A DNA stretch of 64,000 nt from Antedon mediterranea (lineage: Eukaryota > Animalia > Echinodermata), in assembly GCF_964355755.1 (NCBI RefSeq), contig NC_092671.1, positions 32,684,304-32,748,303 on the forward strand, read 5' to 3'. The notes under the pieces are model-generated. The model saw nothing but the letters and a program-made list of their open reading frames with translations, made no database searches and was not told the DNA's origin. Positions 38,804-51,585 of this stretch are shown piece by piece. Each line of letters opens with the position of its first letter. Within the stretch, counting starts at the first letter, position 1. The position numbers and the translations under genes were made by a program.

Positions 38804-40661
38804 TCAGAAATACAAAATAAACAGGAAAGTCTTCATTAAATATTACACAAGTGTTATAATCATCCGACACACGCTCTTATAACAGGTTGTTTAAATTGTC
38901 ATTGTGATAAAATTATTTAATTTGTGCGTTGGTCTACTTAATATTCGGTTATGAGCAGAAAGTGAGGCTTAAAACGGTTGTTATTATGTACCTGTCACAT
39001 ATGTATAGATACAATGTAATAAATTGTAGCATTTATTCATTAACATGCAGAGACAGAGCATATTCAATTATGGCGGTACTTTCGTCAATAGGGTGTATAT
39101 TCTTCATGCAGTATAGCGTATATTGATATTAAACTTTTAGACAATTATGTCTGACAGTTGTGTCTTCAGCGAAAATTGTTAGTAATACTTTTGTACTTAA
39201 AATTTAAAAAAAAAACATCTTTTACAGATCAAAAAAATAGTACATACATGTACAGTATATTGTTGCATAAATCTTATACAGTTTAGTACCATATAAATGT
39301 AAAACTATTCACTGTATTTTAAGTCTGTCGATACAATAAAGGCATTAAATACCAATTATGGCCCCTTCAAAACATGTCAATTCAAATCAAAGCAAACAAT
39401 TTTTATATCCATGCAAATTTACTATTTAACAAGCTAATATCAGTTTGATACACTTTAAAGTAAACAGACAGACAAGAGGGAACAATAAAAGGGTCAACAT
39501 CTATAGTTTTGTTTGTGTAGTTTGTCATTCAAGGTAGATTACAGATATATATCTATAACATGCACTGAGTTACAGATACATTCTAGATTGACTCTTTTAA
39601 ACATAAGCATAACTTTTGAAAATTAATTATTTTAATTGTTGCCACAAGAGTTTGTTTTTTGTTTCCTAGAAATAAATTTCTTATTTCAAGTAACATTTAT
39701 TTCTTCTTTTTTTCTAATAAAACTTAAACATTTGACCAAAAAGAAGTATTAAAAATAAATAATTAAAATACTTTTGCTTAAAAAAAAACATATCAAAATT
39801 TGTTTTTAAAAATGCAAAAAAAGAAGAGGCAAGAGACCTAGAATTTAAACATCAATTGGATTACTCCAATCGACACTTGTGGCGGGCAAGCCATGTATAC
39901 AATAAAAGACAGTTGAAAAATACCTTGATTAATTTGTTGTTGAAATGTTATAAAATAAATCAACTTTCATTAGAATATACAGTATGTCATGGTGTTAATA
40001 ATTATAATGTATAAATGATTTGTTATTGTTTAATTAATATTTATTTATCTAATACCATCGTTAATGAGGGTGTCTTTGTGGAAAGTTGTTAATATTAAAG
40101 AAGTAGATAATGATTAATAGTATTTATATACAGATTTTATGTCAATTATGTTTAATTTAACAATAATCACCTACCCATTGCCTACAGTACTTTTCTATTA
40201 TCTCCTTTCATTTATTTGTTTCAAATCAGTAGTGAATGTATAATGTAATTTGTCTGAGCGCTGCCTCAGCATGCACACATTTCGCCATCATAATGTATTT
40301 CACTAAACACTCTAGACATGTTCTACAACATACAGTATACAGACTAATTTTATTTTATTGCTCTATGATGATGTGTATATCGCCTATGCACAGAAATTGC
40401 TTATAGTAAACTGTTTATGCAAAAAAGAACTATAGGAGTATGTCATTTCTCCCCTAGTTTATCAGTTTCTACGCATATCACTGTACTATTTATGAACTAA
40501 GTACAGGTCACAGGGGGCCTGGCTATATTTATACATGGGATTATAGTTATACTTGGATTTAATTAAAAATGGAATTTACTAAATCCTTGTTGTCTGTATT
40601 TAGCCTAACATAAAGAGGTGGCATTTACACTCTGACATCATCATCATCATTTGTTATGTTG

Positions 40662-41380
40662 GGGCCTGTTCGTAGGGGTTGAAAATACCAGCTTATTCCC
40701 GATTTCCGTTCGCGTGATCCAATTAACTTTTGCCTCAGGCTACAAAAAATTCGAGGTAAAATGTTCACCAAATTTGCAGGTTATTTCAGCGATAATCCAA
40801 TTATACTCGGCCTTCGAGGATAATAAATCTCCGATAGAGGCAATGTGTCAAATTTTGACAAACGTTCGCTGCCTAGGCCCGTCATTTCTCCTACGAAGCT
40901 CTTCCATACACGCTTCGAGAGCGATCGTCAGCTGGTGCTGTCCTTGTTGGTGTAGACCGCTTAGTAGGCCTAGCTGGTCGGGGAGCCGCTGGTCGGTGGT
41001 GTTTCCGTCGTGTAACATTGGGCTCAAATTCTTTGTCAATGAGTAAAATAATGGTCGTCAGGAGAAGGCATATTTCGGCAGGATTATCGGCGTTAAGAGG
41101 CATGAAGGTTTGTCGCAAGGATAAGCAGTGTAAAAAAGGTAGCAAGTAATTGTTATTGTAAAGAAAGATCGCGAGTAAAAAATATACAACACGAAACTAG
41201 CGTGCAAAAATGGGGTCGTAGGTTGTAAAGACAACTGACCTTAAAACGTAATTTCCGGTTTGTGATTCGTCAATTAAGCATTTAAGCGGTTAAATATTTC
41301 AAGTACGAACAACGCTCAATTTATAACCCGAGGCATGGGTGAAATTAAGCGCTTATTTTAACCACCGTACGAACACGACC
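40662..41380. mobile_element. Harbinger-like MITE, copy 1 of a tandem dimer
   Basis: Imperfect TIR GGGCCTGTTCGTA ... TACGAACACGACC. Near-identical to 41387-42107. Confidence 0.8.
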
Positions 41381-41386
41381 ATAATA

Positions 41387-42107
41387 GGGCCTGTTCGTAG
41401 GGGTTGAAAATACCAGCTTATTCCCGATTTCCGTTCGCGTGATCCAATTAACTTTTGCCTCAGGCTACAAAAAATTTGAGGTAAAATGTTCACCAAATTT
41501 GCAGGTTATTTCAGCGATAATCCAATTATACTCGGCCTTCGAGGATAATAAATCTCCGATAGAGGCAATGTGTCAAATTTTGACAAACGTTCGCTGCCTA
41601 GGCCCGTCATTTCTCCTACGAAGCTCTTCCATACACGCTTCGAGAGCGATCGTCAGCTGGTGCTGTCCTTGTTGGTGTAGACCGCTTAGTAGGCCTAGCT
41701 GGACGGGGAGCCGCTGGTCGGTGGTGTTTCCGTCGTGTAACATTGGGCTCAAATTCTTCGTCAATGAGTAAAATAATGGTCGTCAGGAGAAGGCATATTT
41801 CGGCAGGATTATCGGCGTTAAGAGGCATAAGGTTTGTCGCAAGGATAAGCAGTGTAAAAGGTAGCAAGTAATTGTTATTGTAAAGAAAGATCGCGAGTAA
41901 AAAATATACAACACGAAACTAGCGTGCGAAAATGGGGTCGTACAGTAGGTTGTAAAGACAACTGACCTTAAAACGTAATTTCCGGTTTGTGATTCGTCGA
42001 TTAAGCATTTAAGCGGTTAAATATTTCAAGTACGAACAACGCTCAATTTATAACCCGAGGCATGGGTGAAATTAAGCGCTTATTTTAACCACCGTACGAA
42101 CACGACC
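41387..42107. mobile_element. Harbinger-like MITE, copy 2 of a tandem dimer
   Basis: Same TIRs as copy 1. The dimer is flanked by TTG...TTG, with internal spacer ATAATA. Confidence 0.8.
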
Positions 42108-43568
42108 TTGTTTTGCGTAGACATTGCATCCGCTAATTGTTTCCATGACGCTCATATGCGGTATATATTTTTTTAATGATTTTTTTCTCTCATTTCAATT
42201 GAATTAATGTGTCACAGATCTGTAATCATTAAGCGTGTCCATAAAATTACTATGTGCAGTATCACAAACATTGTCATGATATAAATTAAACTCTCACTCA
42301 TGCTTGCCAAAATATGTGTGTGAAGACTCCAAAAGTGGAGTCGGATTGCGAGAATCTGTGTCTAGTCAATCAAATCTTTCGGAGACATTCACCGAAAATC
42401 ATTCTTCATACCAGAATGTTGTGTCGCAGTTATATTGCTATGGATATACATACTGTACTATACATACAGAATGTTATATTGTTTGCGGACTCTTTGAAAC
42501 TGTAAGGTGGATTCTAGGAGAGAGAGCCTATAGTGATTCAGTATGACAGGAACAGTTATGGAACTCATTGCCGGCACATTAATGAGAAAGGGCTTTTGAA
42601 ATAATGTTAAACTACAATCCAACAGTGCAGTTTGGTAGTCCATGTGCAACTTACCTGGATAAACTGACATTGGCATATTACTCCCCGATAAGAGCACTAC
42701 AAACCTAATGTCTATTGTTGTATATTTCATTTCGTTGTGAAGCGCCTTTCGACTGTTATTTGTTTACAATGGCGAAATAAATGATATGATGTATGATATC
42801 AGAAAATGGTACATCCTATGAACCCTGTCCCAAGTGGTAGCATCCCAACACACAATCCATCATCATTTAACAACATTAGGATATTTTATTATGTTGTGTG
42901 GAGCTGGAACACACTAATTGGTATATGCATGCTTTCTTACGATGTCATTGCTATTGGCAATCATCCTATTCTTGTGCCCATGAATTAAATTATGGCATCT
43001 ACAGTATTACTAAATTGAATATTGTTCTAGCAGCTTCAATAAACTAATTGGTTAGAATAAACATATTAACTATTAACACTAATCAAATATGATTAGTAGT
43101 AATACTAGATTTCATGTCAATATGGAATTAGTATTTCAATAATTGTATCCAAAGAAAGAATAGGTAATTTAAGCTTTAATTGATGCATATGTAGATATTT
43201 ATTGATATTGGAATATATTTCAGGAGCCAAATATGTAATTAGTATTAATATCAAAGTATTATTCAGTTCACATTTCCAGAAGCAAAATATGCTATTAATA
43301 AATAGAATATGATCTGTTGTCTAATATTAACAAAATTAAATATTCTACCTTGATTTTTAGGAAACGTTAACCAGCAAATCAAATTAACTATGTAAATCAA
43401 TTATAGAATAATTTTAAGTACAATCATAAATTTCAATTTTTAGTCAACATTTAAAACTACTTTTAGAGGGTATTGCTAAACTGCGCAAAATATGCAAACG
43501 TCAACTTAATATTGATTTTATCACAACTTGAATGACAATTTATGAAAGAAAAATATTGAAACTGTTAA

Positions 43569-44171
43569 AGACCCATTCCCTACAATTTGTGACGTTTTGT
43601 AGAAATAATGCATAAAAACATTTAACTAGATCATTCCTTGTTTGTCTTAAATGTACGTTTTATGGTAAATTATGATAAAAAGAGAGAAATAATGCACCAC
43701 CAAATAGCTCGCGGTAATTGTCCTCTTGTGGGCAGCCTTTAGGCCTAGCCTAGCTAGGCTTAGTTTTGTAGGCCTAACTGGTAAACATTGGTGACGTACA
43801 ACATTGTACGCTAGCTATAGGCCTAGCCTGACATTGTATAGTTGCTGCATTAATTGTGTTTTTGTTTTGCCAGACTCTGTTGTTAATACAAATTGGGGGA
43901 AACCCGGTATTTCGCTGAAAAGTTAGAAGTCTTCCATTTATTGTGGCCTTACCATCGATCAAAAAGTGGGTGAATTACAGAAGAAAAAACAGAAATATCA
44001 ATCCCTGCGCAATGCATATGTTGTGATTTATAGTGGGCCACTAAAATTATTAGAATCGTCTTATTTTTCACATTTTTAACTGTTTAGTTATCTGAATAGG
44101 ACTACATTTATTTTACATTAAATGTAGTTTGTGACCTTAAATTAGATCTAAAAAACGTAGGAAATGGGTTT
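43569..44171 (+). mobile_element. Kolobok-like MITE
   Basis: TTAA|AGACCCATTCCCTAC ... GTAGGAAATGGGTTT|TTAA (TTAA TSD, RR..YY ends). An inverted-orientation copy lies at 59602-60231. Confidence 0.8.
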
Positions 44172-44444
44172 TTAAGTTAGTTTTTTTTTTTAGGTGAAAA
44201 CTGTTTTGGAAAGGAAAGGGAAGACAGAGAGCGTCGTACGACAAGACAGATGAATTGTCTAGTTGGAAAAAAAACTGTTCTCCTGACGACCTAAAAACTA
44301 TGCCAGATGCTATCTCAAGACCTTAAAGATTTCCAATTTCAAATTGAAAAAATCCTTTCTCAAAACTCATCCAAATCGCTAATAATATTGATTATATATC
44401 ATGACTGTACAACAGAATATCAATTTTTGAATAAATTGACAGAT

Positions 44445-45431
44445 TTCACAGTACAAACATCACAAACTGCCTCTAAACTTCACAGTACAAACATCACAAA
44501 CTGCCTCTAAACTTCACAGTACAAACATCACAAACTGCCTCCAAACTTCACAGTACAAACATCACAAACTGCCTCTAAACTTCACAGTACAAACATCACA
44601 AACTGCCTCTAAACTTCACAGTACAAACATCACAAACTGCCTCTAAACTGCACAGTACAAACATCACAAACTGCCTCCAAACTTCACAGTACAAACATCA
44701 CAAACTGTCTCTAAACTTCACAGTACAAACATCACAAACTGCCTCTAAACTTCACAGTACAAACATCACAAACTGCCTCTAAACTTCACAGTACAAACAT
44801 CACAAACTGCCTCTAAACTTCACAGTACAAACATCACAAACTGCCTCTAAACTTCACAGTACAAACATCACAAACTGCCTCTAAACTTCACAGTACAAAC
44901 ATCACAAACTGCCTCTAAACTTCACAGTACAAACATCAAACTGCCTCTAAACTTCACAGTACAAACATCACAAATTGCATCTAAACTTCACAGTACAAAC
45001 ATCACAACCTGCCTCTAAACTTCACAGTACAAACATCACAAACTGCCTCTAAACTTCACAGTACAAACATCACAAACTGCCTCTAAACTTCACAGTACAA
45101 ACATCACAAACTGCCTCTAAACTTCACAGTACAAACATCACAAACTGCCTCTAAACTGCACAGTACAAACATCACAAACTGCCTCTAAACTGCACAGTAC
45201 AAACATCACAAACTGCCTCCAAACTTCACAGTACAAACATCACAAACTGCCTCTAAACTTCACAGTACAAACATCACAAACTGCCTCTAAACTTCACAGT
45301 ACAAACATCACAAACTGCCTCCAAACTTCACAGTACACACATCACAAACTGCCTCTAAACTTTACAGTACAAACATCACAAACTGCCTCTAAACTTCACA
45401 GTACAAACATCACAAACTGCCTCTAAACTTC
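44445..45431. repeat. 34-bp minisatellite (TTCACAGTACAAACATCACAAACTGCCTCTAAAC)n, about 29 highly uniform copies
   Basis: Direct head-to-tail repeats with no spacers. Confidence 0.97.
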
Positions 45432-46626
45432 TTAATTATTGACTTGGACAAATGACAATTTATCTACAAATAAAATGTATTCATTATTTACTGGAAATGA
45501 TGTAACCTTTTTAGGTGAAAAAAGATCATCTTTTGGAAAACAGAATCTACAGAGCAAACCTCAAAACCTCGCACAAACCTCCTTCATATCATTAATCAAT
45601 ATTGATTATTACTGTAACAGAACATCAATTTTTGAATATATTGACAGATTTCACAGTGGAAACAGCACAAACTTCCTCTGAACTGCTTAATATTGAATAT
45701 ATCATGACTATTGGACAGCTATAACAGTCTAAGGCAATTCATAAAACAAAAATTTGAAACTACTGTTTTGCTTCTTTTTTTTAGATGGAAGGGTGAAAAT
45801 GATAAAAGTTTTTGAAAAATCGACACATTTCTCTTTCCAAACAGCAAAAGCATTAACCTTGCACAACCCTCTGCAAATCACTATGACCAAAACAAAGGAT
45901 TTGGAAGAATATTCTATTTTCACTATGTGAACAGGTAAAGAATAACAATAAAACAATATTGTGCCATCCAGCTACATAGATTCTTGAGAAAAAAACCCCA
46001 AAAGATGGGCTAATGTTTTGAGGACACTAGTCAGTCATGTTAGTCTAAAATGCAAATCATAAAAGTCAGTGTTGCACGTCTGTACAAGTTTTGTACCTAC
46101 CTGTTCAATGAAATATCTAATATAAAATATTCTAAAAAAGGTCTCAATACCTTCACATTATTAGAACAGATCCATAAAACAATTATCTTTGCTCAGTAAA
46201 ATTGTTAATATAGACACTAATCAGTTTTCTTGTAAATGTCAATCCACATCTTAAGTCTGAGTCATTCATATGATTTTACCTAGATTTACAAAAGATGATA
46301 CAGTGTTTTTAAAGACATTAGTTACAATGGATCAGCTCAGTCTCATTCAATGTAAATTTACTATAAAAATATTCAAAAAAGGGTACTATCTTTAATACAT
46401 TACTACTGTACCTCAACAGTATTAACAACAAATATCTTTGATAATAAAATTGTTATGGATTATAATCGGTCCTCTTTTATAATGTCAATCCATCTTTTTA
46501 AAGATGACATTATTTTTTGCACCTACTGTAGATTTACAAAAAGTAATACAGTGTAAGACAGTACTGTGTAGCATACAGTAACTACTGCTCATATAGCTCA
46601 TAACAGAAAGTCCCACAAATTGATTA

Positions 46627-47430
46627 CCGTATATTTCGGTGTATAAGTCGCAATTTTGACACGCAAATTTGACCTCTAAATTAAGGGTGCGTTTTATACA
46701 CCGAACATCAATGCCTCACCACACAGATTGTACATATCGTCACCTCGTTTGCTAGGCCTGAGTAGGCTAGGCCTAGCTAGAGTATACTAACGTAACGGCA
46801 ACCTGCTTCTGCCTAGTTTTCAAGGCATTTTAGCATGATGTTATACTAAATATTATGAAAAGATTTGTTCATTATGTTTGTTTTAGGCGCTCTGATAAAA
46901 TTTTACGATTGAAATAGTATTTATTTATAGTTATATGCATGATCGCCGACCGCCGTACCCCCAGCGCAAGCCCTTCTTGGCGGCCACATGGTGTACGGTA
47001 TTCGACTAGTATATTCTCCAGGTGATTATAGCATGGACCTAGCATACACACTTCTCGGATACATAGATACTAATCGAATACGATTGTCCGTGAAAACGTG
47101 CGCCCTCTCGAAATGATCGAGCGAGGCTAGCCCACAAACGTACGTGTTACACACACGGTCATGCACTCGATGTTGCGGGTGCGAAACTCATGAATAACAA
47201 GTTAGAAAGAACTTGTTGAGGCTGGGCGCGGCCGAGTCTAGTTAAGAAAAAACCTAAATAAAGGACGCCGTTGTAGATATAACAAAATATATTATTACAA
47301 TAATATTGATTACAATTTAAAAAAACATTGTTTTGATGAAATAAAAAATTTTTCGACGATATAAAAAATACCGATATTTTACTCTCAGTCTCAGTTAGGG
47401 GGTGCGTCTTATATACACCGAAATATACGG
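46627..47430. mobile_element. pogo/Tc2-like MITE
   Basis: TA|CCGTATATTTCGGTGTATA ... TATACACCGAAATATACGG|TA. Confidence 0.9.
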
Positions 47431-48965
47431 TATACTGTATGATAAAATGCCTCTCAGCACTCAAACCTATGACCCTACTGCACCTGTTATATAAATATTC
47501 TAAATGTTTTAATGTTACCTTCAATTAATAAAACAAATTAATAACAATCCAATTATATCCAAGATTTTAATCAAATATTAATTGTTTTGAATGTTGAAAC
47601 TCCAATACTCCACATAGCATACACAAGAAGATACAGCTATCTGTCCAACATATACTAAATTCTATGAATAAAGTGTAACTCACTTTATCTCTTTTATTTA
47701 CTAAAAATAGTGCAAATTTTACATAATTTATAGGTTTAATTATTATACATAAATTTATCTTCTTTTCCCTTTAATTAGTTTTAAATTTATGGGTATCTGC
47801 ATTTATACCACGTAATGAATTGGGATATACGGATATAAAAAACATGATCGGTTTATTCTCTTTGATCACAAGAGAGAATATTTAAATGAGTAATTTAACA
47901 TACTTAACAAGGCTAGAGCCTTTGTAATGTCATTTTATCTTATTCTAACATAAGAATTTTATAAAGCACTTATAGCTCTAATAGCCGATGCATCTCATTC
48001 GCTAAAAGGTTTTTTAAATTACAATAAATTTGTTAACATTAATTCTCTATACCTAACTTTTGAAATGTATTTTATTTATTCTGTAAAAAAAAGTATTAAC
48101 TCTACTTTGTTAATATGCAATACTGACTACTTCATGTATATAAAATGAAATGTCATTATTGTAAAGGAGGACTTAAGAAATTACAATAGAAAAATATTGT
48201 AATGTATTACATAGTGCAGTGTTAAAACCACATAATAAGAGCGTAATAAAAATGATTATACAATTTCATATAGGTTTATCTTTAGATCTATCAGACGGAA
48301 ACAAAAGACAAGATGGTGAACATGGACAAACCACTACAAAACAAAGTATGGATAAGGACAATGACGAGACAATAAAACAGTTATGGTAGGCCTACTCAAG
48401 TATAAACATACAAGGGTAGACAAAATTAATGGGAAGATATCTGTGAATTGCCAGGGAGGAAACAGACTTACGCCTAGCTTTAAAGACGTACTAATCAAGC
48501 ATATAGCTGAAGGCAGAAGGGATCATGATGGTTCAAACGAAACGGTCTTTTCTCAGCATTTTCAACTAGTAATAGGCCTACTGTAAGTCTAGCTGGCTGG
48601 CACTTCACCTCGCCTTGAACATATTTAGTTGAGTGTGTGTAACTGTAATACTTTACTCTAAATTAATGCTAGTGGTAGCACTTGTCCCTGCACATATGAC
48701 TTTTAAAAAACCACTGGATATATTTAATCAGGAATTATTTGTAAAGTGAAAAACAAATGATTGAAGAACTGTGGCAATCAAATTTTTAATTACTATTATG
48801 AACAGTGAATTGTAAATTGCTATGGGCAAACAATACTGTATCTACTGTATTATTCAAAGATTTATTTATTATTAATATGTGACAACTGTAATTATTATTT
48901 AATGCATCAAAGCATTATCAAATAAAAAGAAATGTATAATGTACACACAGTAGCCATATTGATAC

Positions 48966-49619
48966 AACTGCCTCAATATAAGTTTATTTTTACGACATGT
49001 TTTGGGCATAGCCCATCATCAGGTGAAGAGAATTGTAACAAAGGATAACATAAGTCACAAAATTACATTATAAAACAAATCAGCAAATCAAAATATATAT
49101 TAACAAACAAAAGGCATAGTTATAAAGGCACGCCTCCAAAAGCTTTGGGGTACAAAGCAGAAATAGTTGCTTATAAAGCAGGAAATTTAAAACAAAGACA
49201 AAAACTTCAAGTGTGAATAATTGTTAATATGTGAATGTCTCTGGCAAAATTAATGTTTAAAAGATCTAAATTGTACATTTATGCCGGTATGGGCAAGATT
49301 GACAAGCTTAACAATTATTCTTTCTTCTATAATTCTACGAGATGTCTCAGAACCATTACATACCTTAACACCAGAAATTGCAATATCCGATCATTTCTCA
49401 CCTTAAATTTCCTGCTTTATAAGCAACCATTTCTGCTTTGTACCCCAAAGCTTTTGGAGGCATGCCTTTATAACTATGCCTTTTGTTTGTAAACATCTTT
49501 GATTGGCTTTTATTATTTAATTTTGTGACTTATATGTTATCCTTTGTTACAATTCTCTTCACCTGATGATGGGCTATGCCCAAAACATGTCGTAAAAATA
49601 AACTTATATTGAGGCAGTT
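48966..49619. mobile_element. Penelope-type inverted pLTR pair (arms 48966-49190 and 49403-49619) with hammerhead-like motif
   Basis: Arms of about 220 bp in inverted orientation, each with CTGATGA-T-GGGC-TAT-GCCC-AAAA-CATG-TC (G12 replaced by A). Confidence 0.75.
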
Positions 49620-50234
49620 TTAACTTATTTGATTTTGATTTTTTTCTATATCCTGCCTATGCAGCTCTTTGATTTATATATATATATATATGACTTTTTC
49701 TCATTCTCACAGATTTCCTCATCTTTATCGTTTCAAATTAATTAATTAAATTTCAGTATATCACCGGGCGGTTTAGAATTAATGTTCTTTGCCTACTGTG
49801 TTTATATATAAACACAGTAGGCAAAGAACATTAATTCTAATTCTTTGCCTACTGTGTTTACAGTAGGCAAAAAAACATTAATTCTAAACCGCCGGGTTGT
49901 TACAGTATATATATATGGTCCGAGTTTGAGTCTCGGTTGGGGCGACCTTTACTCATTCTCACAGATTTCCTCATCTTTATAGTTTCAAATTAATTAATTA
50001 AATTTCAGTATATCACCGGGCAGTTTAGAATTAATGTCCATTGTCTAATGTGTTTATATATAAAAGTATCTCTTCGGAGATCTCGCCTCATGAATAAAAA
50101 TACTGAAAGATGACGGCGTATCAATTTGATCTCTGGTGCGCGTGCGTACAACTGAGGACTAGTGCTGTTCCGCCAGACCACGCCGAGAATGTTAAAGAGT
50201 CGCTATCTAATCGAGTTTGAACAATACCATGAAA

Positions 50235-50306
50235 GCCCCGGTGGTCTAATGGTTAGGACATCTGCATATCAAGCAGGCAGTCCGAGTTCGAGTCTCGGTT
50301 GGGGCA
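50235..50306 (+). tRNA. tRNA-like sequence, anticodon ATC (Asp-like), probably a tRNA-derived repeat rather than a translational tRNA
   Basis: 72-nt cloverleaf: GCCCCGG/TTGGGGC, GTCT/GGAC, TCTGC-ATATCAA-GCAGG, CCGAG-TTCGAGT-CTCGG. A box, B box and a downstream T-run are present. Confidence 0.7.
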
Positions 50307-50661
50307 ACTTTTTCTCATTCTCACAGATTTCCTCATCTTTATCGTTTCAAATTAATTAATTCAATTTCAGTATATCATTATCACCGGGCGGTTTAGAATT
50401 AATGTTCATTGCCTAATGTGTTTATAAAAGTTCAGTATATCACCGGGCGATTTAGAATTAATGTCCATTGCCTAATGTGTTTATATATAAAAGTATCTCT
50501 TCGGAGATCTCGCCTCATGAATAAAAATACTGAAAGATGAGGGCGTATCAATTTGATCTCTGTTGCGCGTGCGTACAACTGAGGACTAGTGCTGTTCCGC
50601 CAGACCACGCCGACAATGTTAAAGAGTCGCTATCTAATCGAGTTTGAACAATACCATGAAA

Positions 50662-50733
50662 GCCCCAGTGGTCTAATGGTTAGGACATCTGCATATCAAG
50701 CAGGCAGTCCAAGTTCGAGTCTCGGTTGGGGCG
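50662..50733 (+). tRNA. tRNA-like sequence (ATC), copy 2
   Basis: As copy 1, with one T-stem mismatch. Followed by ACTTTTT. Confidence 0.65.
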
Positions 50734-51090
50734 ACTTTTTCTCATTCTCACAGATTTCCTCATCTTTATCGTTTCAAATTAATTAATTCAATTTCAGTAT
50801 ATCATTATCACCGGGCGGTTTAGAATTAATGTTCATTGCCTAATGTGTTTATAAAAGTTCAGTATATCACCGGGCGTTTTAGAATTAATGTTCTTTGCCT
50901 GATTTGTTTATATATATAAAAGTATCTCTTCGGAGATCCCGCCTCGTGAATAAAAATACTGAAAGATGAGGGCGTATCAATTTGATCTCTGTTGCGCGTG
51001 CGTACAACTGAGGACTAGTGCTGTTCCACCGTACCACGCTGAGAGTGTTAAAGAGTCGCTATCCAATCGAGTTTGAACAATACCATGAAA

Positions 51091-51162
51091 GCCCCAGTGG
51101 TCTAATGGTTAGGGCAACTGCATATCAAGCAGACGGTCCGAGTTCGAGTCTCGGTTGGAGCG
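51091..51162 (+). tRNA. tRNA-like sequence (ATC), copy 3, more diverged
   Basis: A and B boxes are intact. Mismatches in the acceptor and anticodon stems. Confidence 0.6.
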
Positions 51163-51363
51163 ACTTTTTCTCATTCTCACAGATTTCCTCATCTTTATCG
51201 TTTCAAATGAATTAATTAAAGTTCAGTATATCACCGAGCGGTTTAGAATTAATGTTCTTTGCCTGATTTGTTTATATATATGTATATATATAAACACATT
51301 AGGCAATGAACATTAATTCGAAACCGCCAGGTGATATACTGAAATTAAATTAATTAATATATA

Positions 51364-51405
51364 TTGCACTGATGAAGGGCTAGTGTTGCCCGAAAGCTCT
51401 GCTAA
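51364..51405 (+). ncRNA. Minimal type I hammerhead ribozyme (Penelope pLTR type)
   Basis: GCA-CTGATGA-A-GGGC-tagtgtt-GCCC-GAAA-GC-TC-TGC. Complete core, stem I GCA/TGC, stem II of 4 bp and palindromic AGCT stem III. Confidence 0.8.
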
Positions 51406-51585
51406 CTTTTCTGGCTGTTTTACTTATCGTTTTGATTTAGCTTTTCGCTTTTTTTTGTATCTCCATTGAGATCCAGCCACTGATACCCACAGCATTGTCA
51501 TTTTTTCAGTAATTTGCCTTTGGATTTATAATTATATATACATATGTTTTACTTTATCGTTTTGATTTAGATTTTCGCTTTTTTC

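Larger units (their letters stand above)
49692..51358 (+). repeat. Tandem ~427-bp tRNA-containing repeats with partial and inverted end copies, junctioned by (TA)n
   Basis: Periods of 427 and 429 bp between tRNA-like heads. Fold-back segments at about 49760-49900 and 51230-51358. Confidence 0.9.

Noticed and set aside
40651-41867. ORFs in the Harbinger-like dimer as transposase or Myb genes
   Set aside because: They are short, overlap on both strands and have no recognisable DDE or Myb/SANT motifs.
44445-45431. 34-bp repeat array as a CRISPR
   Set aside because: The repeats are contiguous with no unique spacers, there are no cas genes, and the context is eukaryotic.
48290-48560. Possible RTE 3' remnant (QGGNRLTPSFKDVL)
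   Set aside because: Too degenerate to support without an alignment.
50235-50306. Functional translational tRNA-Asp gene
   Set aside because: The ATC anticodon is not normally used in eukaryotes, position 32 is A, and the cassette is embedded in a repeat with diverging copies. It is kept only as tRNA-like.
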